A DNA stretch of 32,255 bases from Chitinophagales bacterium (GTDB taxonomy: Bacteria; Bacteroidota; Bacteroidia; Chitinophagales; JAHDHT01), in NCBI GenBank assembly GCA_020631175.1, contig JAHDHT010000012.1, positions 4,494 to 36,748 of the forward strand. The letters are read 5' to 3'. Within the stretch, counting starts at the first letter, position 1; the number at the start of each line of letters is the position of its first letter. Positions 6,301 through 12,843 of this stretch are shown here, piece by piece. The position numbers and the translations under genes are program-made. The notes beneath the pieces are model-generated. The model worked only from the letters and a program-made list of their open reading frames with translations, searched no databases and had not been told where the DNA came from.

Positions 6301-8192
6301 CATATCCGTCAGATATCAGTGTTTATGTAACTCCGAACTTCACACCTTGTTCAGCTACTTTTACTGTTCAATCAGGTTGTGAACCTTATATAAATGTTAC
6401 TTCATACACAGCAGCAGCCGGTGAAATGAGTATGGTTAACGTTTCAGCTTCTGCTAATAATAATTTTAATTGCTCAGCTTCAATTACTCAAACTGCAAAT
6501 ATTGACTGTCCGGGTGGAGGTTGTTTCGCTATGGCTCCAACTATCTCTTCGGACAATCCTTCAATTTGTATCGGAGATGGAGAAGTAGTAAATATTTCAC
6601 TTGATTCTTCAAGCCCGAATGATCAAATCGTATATGTTGTTACTGATGCAACAGGAACAACTATTTTAGCTGGTCCTACAACCGATACACAGTTTAATTT
6701 TGACGGAGCTCCTGCAGGTACTTGTTTAATATGGGCAGTAGCACATGATGGTACATTAGTAGCACCAACAGATCAGGTTGCTGATCTTCAGGGTTGTTAT
6801 GCACTTTCTAATCCGGTTTCAGTAATACGTGAAGATTGTAACCTTGGTGGTTTTGATTGCGGAACTTGTTTCCCAGATACTTTGGTATTCTGTACGAATC
6901 CGATTACACCGGTAGAAATTTGTTTGGATTGTGATGGTTCAAATGTAAGTGTAACAGATGTTGAAAGTTTATTCTTCTGCTCAATAGAAAATATTGATGA
7001 TCTGGATGGATGTTTCACATATACTCCACTTCCAAATATGGAGAATTTCTCACCAGATATTCTTACAGCAACTGTTTGTGAGCCTGGTACAAATAATTGT
7101 TGTGAAGTAGTTATTCAGGTTGATATTCAGGAAGATTGTACACCAGAGCCTGTTGATTGCGAAGAATTAATTGAAGTATGCACAGCTCCTATAACTCCGG
7201 TTGACATATGCATTGATTGCTTGTTGGATGGAAGCATTGAAGCAGAAATTGATACGATCTATAGTTTATGGGGATGTTCTATCAATATGATCGGAGATGC
7301 TTGTTTCGAATATGTACCACTTCCGAATCTTGAAGATTTTGGTGGAGATACGGTAATCGTCGAGTACTGTGATAATGCAGGAAATTGTTATCAAACAACA
7401 GTTGCCATTGCTGTAACTGAAGATTGTGAAGATGTTGAACCTCCTGTGGTTGATGAAACTTGTATCGAATATTATGAAGGTTGTATTGCTCCACTTGAAA
7501 CATTCGATTTCTGTCTCGATTGTACTTCAGGTATGAATACAACGGTCGTTATAGACTCAATATATTCTTTATGGAATTGCACCATTAACATGCAGGATGA
7601 TTTCTGCTTCGAATATGTTGCTTTACCAAATATGGATCTTGTTCCTGCTGATACGGTTTACATAGATTATTGTGATACGGTAACTAATGAATGTAGTACT
7701 GCATTATTAGTGATGACATTCAATGATTGTGATGATGATGGTAATGTTATCCCTAACGGAGGAACAGCCGGTGACCAGTTTAATGGTGACATGGGTTCTT
7801 TAGGAGTTCAAAACGATGATACCGTTGTGGATATCATTGATGATGAAGATGATGTAACAGGTGATGATGAAACATCAACAGTTGCTACCAACGAAGATGG
7901 TCAGGTTCGTGATAATTTCGGAGCTTCTGAAGTAGTTTATTCAGATGAACTTCATGCTTATCCAATACCAAGTTCTGACTTCCTGTATATTAATGTAAAC
8001 TTAGATGCTACCGAAAAAGCAGAATTAGTTACTTATAATGCTCAGGGTCAACTTGTTGAAAGTAAAATTGTTTACACAGTAGATGGAAATGCAGTGCTGA
8101 AACTTAACATTCAAGCATATGCTAAAGGTGTTTACTTTGTTTCACTCAAACAGAAAGGTATTGTGAAAACATCTCAATTCATTAAAAACTAA
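3372..8192 (+). CDS. Giant (1606 aa) secreted, Cys-rich, polyacidic repeat protein with T9SS C-terminal sorting domain; probable adhesin/surface-coat protein
   Basis: Signal peptide 'MKINTTLFNLLCAVALIFSVHYLQAQ'. Six 8-Cys modules, one shared 'X' module, three ~96-100 aa Cys repeats, a D/E-rich linker (7731..7946), and a CTD ending 'GVYFVSLKQKGIVKTSQFIKN'. Confidence 0.9.
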   Translation: MKINTTLFNLLCAVALIFSVHYLQAQDCPAAYTGIATNSEDQCNDNLAFPNVDDVFGGLVDGMGQPFTGSGAVIAWNIDPLTILPAAVPPGVCDPVSTTYVATVECLSGTVLFADIYTYQVNVFPGADAYSVDVIAGDCGQLSAIVASPGSCDVSVVYNEIIPADPAACPAGADGSFTYTATPANGGSCWSESGGGIIPACDTCADCPDPSNFIPPPNFAACSGALITLPDLSDFVDTNGNSGATFSWTSDAGFDSMGASTGSEVLVNTDCAPLVVTYTYGISCTATGENLGSGAFSVTVFPTDVSAFVTATDGICEATVTVDPSCAGVLTVTQTSPASFPAQAGTSGTATWDVAYIGDDILPTECVTDFTVSANYDCPSEECPVSTYPGQLSYDVCSGDVVALDDLAGFVSSTDNVEFLWTGSNGFNSNGASSGSETLTNTGCAPMTVTYTYNILCTLNGGSVIDQGSFNVTVYPTDISSFVTAVPGGCTATFSVMSGCENFITVTPYNASTGEVGVGTVTASLNGSSCAPLYTESVAVDCSVDCPSFVSSSISANEVCSGQALTVSVQLSNSTNAIASVTVGGQSTTLTGAGNGLFTGNVVLTNADCNASTSNLNIVAICTDDNSILAMLNETVTVYPSSLNAFVNVSSLDGCNLQATVNAGCENVISIAGSPVFMGAAGTSGTATFNFTYSGDAPCLANSFSVDFPYNCAPMGDVCPMTNVQIPASMDVCGGQSVVLPDLSDFLFITDPDQNGFVSYNWIATNGYSSNGASSGSDTPVNNTCNVQTVIYSYSITCDLNGALLAQGSMSANVYPSNLAAFATANDGECSTSVTIDPTCGSNIIVTPPSQTAAPGTSGQHNYMLVWNGGGTCSDVATITANYNCAGQMDDCPTAIIASASSLQACDGEVVSLSATSNNGSAINTTWTDQNGNAVANPSAVTVTSNGCAPGSFTYTVLATCVDNPAVSFTETVTVTAYPSDISVYVTPNFTPCSATFTVQSGCEPYINVTSYTAAAGEMSMVNVSASANNNFNCSASITQTANIDCPGGGCFAMAPTISSDNPSICIGDGEVVNISLDSSSPNDQIVYVVTDATGTTILAGPTTDTQFNFDGAPAGTCLIWAVAHDGTLVAPTDQVADLQGCYALSNPVSVIREDCNLGGFDCGTCFPDTLVFCTNPITPVEICLDCDGSNVSVTDVESLFFCSIENIDDLDGCFTYTPLPNMENFSPDILTATVCEPGTNNCCEVVIQVDIQEDCTPEPVDCEELIEVCTAPITPVDICIDCLLDGSIEAEIDTIYSLWGCSINMIGDACFEYVPLPNLEDFGGDTVIVEYCDNAGNCYQTTVAIAVTEDCEDVEPPVVDETCIEYYEGCIAPLETFDFCLDCTSGMNTTVVIDSIYSLWNCTINMQDDFCFEYVALPNMDLVPADTVYIDYCDTVTNECSTALLVMTFNDCDDDGNVIPNGGTAGDQFNGDMGSLGVQNDDTVVDIIDDEDDVTGDDETSTVATNEDGQVRDNFGASEVVYSDELHAYPIPSSDFLYINVNLDATEKAELVTYNAQGQLVESKIVYTVDGNAVLKLNIQAYAKGVYFVSLKQKGIVKTSQFIKN
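3450..6509 (+). repeat. Six tandem protein-level copies of an 8-cysteine module of ~165-180 aa (first copy divergent)
   Basis: Module boundaries by hand count: 3450-3986, 3987-4505, 4506-4997, 4998-5507, 5508-6026, 6027-6509. Shared motifs are 'CP..', 'C(S/G)G', 'N(T/G).CAP..VTYTY.I.C', 'F.VTVYP(T/S)D(I/V)S.FVT', 'G.C.AT..V...C'. The DNA copies are diverged, so this is not a recent duplication. Confidence 0.8.
6840..7730 (+). repeat. Three tandem ~96-100 aa Cys-rich repeats (cadherin-like / 'tandem-95'-like flavour)
   Basis: 6840-7139, 7140-7427, 7428-7730. Each has 'C(T/I)(N/A)P(I/L).P(V)..C(L/I)DC ... SL(W/F).C(S/T)I(N/E) ... CF(E/T)Y.(P/A)LPN(M/L) ... D......(Y)C(D/E) ... C ... (E/N)DC'. 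Confidence 0.8.
7947..8189 (+). other. T9SS type A C-terminal sorting domain (CTD)
   Basis: 'LHAYPIPSSDFLYINVNL...LVTYNAQGQLV...GVYFVSLKQKGIVKTSQFIKN'. This is the only lysine-containing part of the protein (8 K in ~81 aa). Confidence 0.75.
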
Positions 8193-8216
8193 GAAGTTTA
8201 AGAATTAAAATACAAA

Positions 8217-8247
8217 CCCGGATCGTTCAATCGATCCGGGTTTTTTT
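8217..8247 (+). terminator. Rho-independent terminator after the giant gene
   Basis: CCCGGATCG-ttcaat-CGATCCGGG (9-bp GC-rich stem) followed by TTTTTTT. Confidence 0.8.
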
Positions 8248-8363
8248 GTTTCATTTTCGAAAGAGAATTATCAGGAAGATTCATCAAGATATTAATATGG
8301 TCGATCGCTCAATATTTGTGGAGAACCCTTTAATATTTCATTTATTATATCATTAGTTATTAG

Positions 8364-8371
8364 TAACTTTG
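8364..8371 (+). promoter_or_regulatory. Candidate Bacteroidota -7 promoter box for the nqr operon
   Basis: TAACTTTG matches TAnnTTTG, 35 nt upstream of the nqrA ATG. Motif-only call. Confidence 0.35.
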
Positions 8372-8406
8372 CGCAGAATTTTTTAGGGTCAAATTTAACC
8401 GCTAAT

Positions 8407-9783
8407 ATGAGTAAAGCGATAAAGCTAAAAAAGGGGTTCAATATCAATTTAGATGGCAAACCCGAACTTAAGCTTGATAAATCGATTAAGGCAAGTACAT
8501 TTGCCGTGAAACCAGCTGATTTTCAGAGTCTTCGACCAATACCGAAGTTAACAGTTGAGGTAGGAGATGAAGTTCTTGCAGGTGATCCATTGTTTTTTGA
8601 TAAGCCAAATCCTGATGTTTTGTTTACTTCACCGGTAAGTGGAGAAGTTGCAGAAATTAGAAGAGGTGCAAAAAGAGCAATTGATTCGGTAATTATCATT
8701 GCTGATGGAAAGAACCAGTTTAAAGATTTTGGATCTGCAAATCCTAAGAATCTTTCAAGAGAAGACGTAAAAGCTAAACTGAAAGAATCAGGATGTTGGG
8801 CATTTATTAAGCAACGTCCATTTAATATTGTCGCAGAACCTGATGCTGTTCCAAGAGATATATTTATCTCAGCTTTCGATACAAATCCTTTAGCTGCAGA
8901 TACAGAGTTTACACTTGGAGCTGAATTAAAAGCTTTTCAGGCAGGTATTGATGCCTTAAATCAACTTACAGATGGCGATGTCTACGTAGGAGTTAATGGC
9001 GGAATTGGAGGTTCTTCTTTCGATGGCCTTTCAAATTGTACCGTGAATAAGTTTTCCGGTCCGCATCCAGCAGGAAATGTTGGAGTTCAAATTCATCACG
9101 TAAAGCCAATAAACAAAGGTGAAATTGTATGGACGGTTTCTCCTTATGATCTTGTTACCATTGGGAAACTCTTCCTTCATGGTAAGTACGATACTTCAAG
9201 AACAATTGCTATTGGAGGGCCTTCAGTAGCTGAGCCAAAGTATATAACTACTTATTCAGGTGCTAAGGTTTCTGCACTTTTGGATGGAAATATCAACGAA
9301 GAGAATGTTCGAGTAGTATCAGGGTCTGCATTAGTAGGAGATAATATAGGTATCGATGGATTTTTAGGATCATTTCATCATCAATTAACCATTTTAGATG
9401 AAGGTGATTTTTATGAAATGCTCGGATGGATCCTTCCAAGTTATCCTAGACCAAGTATTTCTCCGACAATTCCACCTTTCACTTTAACTACTAAGTTTCC
9501 ATTTATAAAGAAGGTAGATAGCTTTAATGCGAATACAAATACACACGGTGAAAAACGAGCATTTGTGGTTACTGGTCAGTATGAAGCTGTAACTCCAATG
9601 GATATTTTCCCTCAGCAATTGCTAAAAGCTATTCTAAGTAATGACTTAGATAAAATGGAAGGTTTAGGAATATATGAGGTCGTTGAAGAAGATATGGCTC
9701 TTTGCGAATTTGTTTGTACATCTAAGTTTAATGTACAGGAGACACTTCGTAAGGGCTTAGATTTAATGAGAGAACAAGGTTAA
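8407..9783 (+). CDS. nqrA: Na+-translocating NADH:quinone oxidoreductase subunit A
   Basis: 'MSKAIKLKKGFNINLDGKP' N-terminus, 'SPVSGEVAEIRRGAKRAI', 'FSGPHPAGNVGVQIHH'. First gene of the canonical nqrABCDEF order. Confidence 0.95.
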   Translation: MSKAIKLKKGFNINLDGKPELKLDKSIKASTFAVKPADFQSLRPIPKLTVEVGDEVLAGDPLFFDKPNPDVLFTSPVSGEVAEIRRGAKRAIDSVIIIADGKNQFKDFGSANPKNLSREDVKAKLKESGCWAFIKQRPFNIVAEPDAVPRDIFISAFDTNPLAADTEFTLGAELKAFQAGIDALNQLTDGDVYVGVNGGIGGSSFDGLSNCTVNKFSGPHPAGNVGVQIHHVKPINKGEIVWTVSPYDLVTIGKLFLHGKYDTSRTIAIGGPSVAEPKYITTYSGAKVSALLDGNINEENVRVVSGSALVGDNIGIDGFLGSFHHQLTILDEGDFYEMLGWILPSYPRPSISPTIPPFTLTTKFPFIKKVDSFNANTNTHGEKRAFVVTGQYEAVTPMDIFPQQLLKAILSNDLDKMEGLGIYEVVEEDMALCEFVCTSKFNVQETLRKGLDLMREQG

Positions 9784-9803
9784 AAAAGATAAATAAAGAT
9801 TCA

Positions 9804-11072
9804 ATGCGCAAAGCGAGTTTTTTACGGAAGCAAATAGATAAGGTAAAACCTTATTTTAACAGCAATCCGATATTACATACGGTTTTCGATGGACTTGAAA
9901 CTTTTTTGTTTCAACCTAATGAAACTACTACATCCAAAACCCACATTAAGGATGGGATGGATTTAAAACGTACGATGGTGCATGTTGTAATTGCTATGGC
10001 ATTATGTGCAGCACATGGTACGATGAACATTGGTCATCAGCACTATGCAAGCATGGGAATGTTTCCTGGTTTGTTTGATGGTTTATTGTACAAATTAACT
10101 TACGGTATTATTCAGTTCCTGCCAATTTTCACAGTAGTGCATTTAGTTGGACTGGGGATTGAATTCTTGTTTGCCGCATCTAAAGGGCATGCAATCGAAG
10201 AAGGCTTTCTGGTCTCCGGTTTCCTTATTCCGCTTATAATGCCGCCTGATATTCCTTTATGGATGGTAGCTGTTGCCACTGCTTTTGCGGTAATCATAGC
10301 TAAAGAAGCATTTGGTGGTACGGGAATGAATATATTGAATGTGGCATTAACAGCAAGGGTCTTCGTGTTCTTTGCTTATCCAACAGCAATCTCCGGAGAT
10401 GAAGTTTGGATTGCGCAGGATTACAATATCATTCATCAGATAATCGGTTTACCTCAAGTTGCTTTTGAACATTTTGGTATTAACAAAATGCCGGATGGAG
10501 GCTGGGCCACAATGATGGTCGACGGCTATACCGGAGCTACTCCATTGGCTTTAGCGGCTAAGGGTGGATGGCCTGCAGTAACAGAATATTATTCACTAAA
10601 CGATATGATTATGGGTTTCATCCCTGGTTCAGTTGGTGAGATGAATAAATTATTAATCATTGCCGGAGCTGCATTCTTAGTTTTTACCGGAATTGGAAGT
10701 TGGAGAATTATGCTTTCAATGTTAGTAGGCGCTATCGTTATGGGCATTCTTTTAAATGTAATAGGAGGTGCAATGGGGCTCGATCAAACGGCATTTGTTA
10801 ATGTGCCATGGTATTATCAATTAATTATGGGATCCTTCTTCTTTGCAATGGCCTATATGGCAACGGACCCCGTAACAGCTGCTCAAACTGAAAGTGGTAA
10901 ATATATTTATGGATTCCTTATAGGAGTAGTCGGTATGATTGTTCGGGTGCTTAACCCGGCATATCCGGAAGGATGGATGTTAGCCATCTTATTACTAAAT
11001 GTATTTGCTCCGTTAATTGATCATGTTATTGTTAATAGAAATATTAAAAGGAGGTTAGCTCGTGTCGGATAA
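9804..11072 (+). CDS. nqrB: Na+-NQR subunit B (polytopic membrane protein, covalent FMN)
   Basis: Multi-TM protein with the FMN-attachment motif 'GYTGATPLA', plus 'MATDPVTA' and 'NVFAPLIDH'. Confidence 0.95.
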   Translation: MRKASFLRKQIDKVKPYFNSNPILHTVFDGLETFLFQPNETTTSKTHIKDGMDLKRTMVHVVIAMALCAAHGTMNIGHQHYASMGMFPGLFDGLLYKLTYGIIQFLPIFTVVHLVGLGIEFLFAASKGHAIEEGFLVSGFLIPLIMPPDIPLWMVAVATAFAVIIAKEAFGGTGMNILNVALTARVFVFFAYPTAISGDEVWIAQDYNIIHQIIGLPQVAFEHFGINKMPDGGWATMMVDGYTGATPLALAAKGGWPAVTEYYSLNDMIMGFIPGSVGEMNKLLIIAGAAFLVFTGIGSWRIMLSMLVGAIVMGILLNVIGGAMGLDQTAFVNVPWYYQLIMGSFFFAMAYMATDPVTAAQTESGKYIYGFLIGVVGMIVRVLNPAYPEGWMLAILLLNVFAPLIDHVIVNRNIKRRLARVG

Positions 11073-12129
11073 TATTAAAACAGTATTATACGCAGCAGTT
11101 ATGACGTTAATTGTTGCGATCTCTTTAGCTTTCATTACTTCGTTTCTGAGACCAACTCAAAAGGCAGAAGAAAATAAAGACAAGAAGGTAAATATTCTTA
11201 AGGCCGTTGAATTCAACGACTTTATGGATGTCGATGAAGAGTATGCTAAGCGTATACAAGAATTGGTTGTCGATTACAATGGAAAAGTTGTTGAAGGAAA
11301 AAAGGCCTTCGATGTAGATGTTAGAAAAGAGTCGAAAAATAAACCGGCTGAAGAAAGAATGTATCCTTTGTACGTTTACACCAATGATGCTAAAGAGAAG
11401 AAATATATCCTTCCAATGATTGGTCTTGGTCTTTGGGATGAGATATCTGGATTCATGGCTCTTAAAGGTGATTTCAATACCATTGATGGTGCTGTTTTTG
11501 CCCACAAAGCGGAAACACCAGGTCTGGGCGCTGAGATAACAACAGATTGGTTTCAAAGTCAATTTCGAGGTAAAAAGCTAATGGATGCAGGTGGTAAAAT
11601 GATATTTAATGTTCTCAAAGGTCGTGGAAATACATTAGATCAATATGAAGTCGATGGCATTACCGGTGCAACAATTACATGTGTTGGAGTTGATAATATG
11701 ATAGCTGAAGATGTTGCTTCATATGCTAATTTCTTCAAATCAGAATCAAAGAAATTATCTGTAGCATCAGGAGGGAAATCAGTTAATCCTGCTTTGAAGA
11801 ATCCAACTGTTACAAGAATGGCTAAAGATTTTTTCAAGATTGACAAAGTTAGAATCGCTAATCAGATTAATTTCCATAATAACTCATCATTTGTAACTGA
11901 AAATTCATTTCCTCAAATTCAGGCATTGGTTGCTTATTTAAATAACAATCCTGAAAAACGAGTGAAGATTAAAGTGAATAACAAGAATAATGGTGAGCTT
12001 TCTCAAAGAAGATCAGAAAATATTTATGATTATGCACTTCAGCAAGGTGCGAGAATAGCTCAGTTAGAGTTTGAAGGAACAAGTGAAAAGAATAGAAATA
12101 ATAACGTAGTTTTTGAATTATTAAACTAA
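11062..12129 (+). CDS. nqrC: Na+-NQR subunit C with an unusual ~125 aa C-terminal extension resembling a degenerate OmpA-like domain
   Basis: The GTG start overlaps the nqrB end by 11 nt. Has an N-terminal TM helix, 'ETPGLGAEI' and the FMN-attachment motif 'DGITGATIT'. The canonical NqrC core ends near aa 228, but the ORF continues to aa 355. Confidence 0.9.
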   Translation: MSDNIKTVLYAAVMTLIVAISLAFITSFLRPTQKAEENKDKKVNILKAVEFNDFMDVDEEYAKRIQELVVDYNGKVVEGKKAFDVDVRKESKNKPAEERMYPLYVYTNDAKEKKYILPMIGLGLWDEISGFMALKGDFNTIDGAVFAHKAETPGLGAEITTDWFQSQFRGKKLMDAGGKMIFNVLKGRGNTLDQYEVDGITGATITCVGVDNMIAEDVASYANFFKSESKKLSVASGGKSVNPALKNPTVTRMAKDFFKIDKVRIANQINFHNNSSFVTENSFPQIQALVAYLNNNPEKRVKIKVNNKNNGELSQRRSENIYDYALQQGARIAQLEFEGTSEKNRNNNVVFELLN

Positions 12130-12135
12130 GTATTT

Positions 12136-12825
12136 ATGAGTACTGCAACAGCAGATCAGATAGAAGAAGTAAAAGTACCCAAGAAAGAACGGGAACCCTT
12201 ATTTTCAAAAAAGAACAGAGAATTAATAACAGACCCGCTTGACGATTCGAATCCGATAACGGTGCAGGTATTAGGTATTTGTTCGGCATTGGCAGTTACT
12301 ACACAAGTTAAGCCGGCATTCGTGATGTCGATTTGTGTAATTTTTGTTTGTGCCTTTGCGAATTTAATTATCTCATTATTGAGAAACGGAATTCCATCCA
12401 GAATTCGAATGATTGTTCAATTGGTAGTAATTGCGACGCTTGTAACATTGGTAGCGGAATTCTTAAAGGCTTATCAATATTCATTGTCAAAAGAATTAAG
12501 TGTATACATTGGTCTTATTATTACGAATTGTATCGTAATGGGGCGTCTCGAAGCATTTGCAATGGCAAATAAACCCTGGCCTTCATTATTAGACGGTATC
12601 GGTAACGGTATCGGCTATGGTGCGATACTTATTTTTGTAGCTGTATTCAGAGAATTTTTGGGTTCAGGTTCCTTATTCGGATTTCAAATCATTCCGGATT
12701 GGATGTATGGTATCGGTTATGCCAATAACGGAATCATGCTCACACCTGCAGCAGCTATGTTCTTAATTGGTGTCTTTATTTGGTGGCAAAGAGCAAGAAA
12801 CCAAAAATTAGTTGACATCTCATAA
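12136..12825 (+). CDS. nqrD: Na+-NQR subunit D
   Basis: Polytopic RnfE/NqrD-type membrane protein: 'NPITVQVLGICSALAVT', 'YIGLIITNCIVMGR'. Confidence 0.95.
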   Translation: MSTATADQIEEVKVPKKEREPLFSKKNRELITDPLDDSNPITVQVLGICSALAVTTQVKPAFVMSICVIFVCAFANLIISLLRNGIPSRIRMIVQLVVIATLVTLVAEFLKAYQYSLSKELSVYIGLIITNCIVMGRLEAFAMANKPWPSLLDGIGNGIGYGAILIFVAVFREFLGSGSLFGFQIIPDWMYGIGYANNGIMLTPAAAMFLIGVFIWWQRARNQKLVDIS

Positions 12826-12843
12826 TTTAAATTTCGAAGAATC

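Noticed and set aside
3987-7730. Possibility that the internal repeats of the giant gene are recent DNA duplications, recombination cassettes or assembly collapse.
   Set aside because: Comparing codons of equivalent motifs (e.g. the 'C.(N/A)P(I)TPV' segments at ~6891, ~7180 and ~7480) shows extensive synonymous and non-synonymous divergence. The repeats are ancient protein-level repeats, not near-identical DNA.
12244-12254. 'GATTCGAATCC', resembling a tRNA T-arm/T-loop.
   Set aside because: It sits in-frame inside nqrD ('DDSNPIT'), and no acceptor, D or anticodon arms can be drawn around it.
12333-12572. Same-strand alternative-frame ORF (79 aa, Cys/Asn-rich) inside nqrD.
   Set aside because: It overlaps the conserved NqrD membrane core and has no start context or motif. 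It is most likely a chance open frame.
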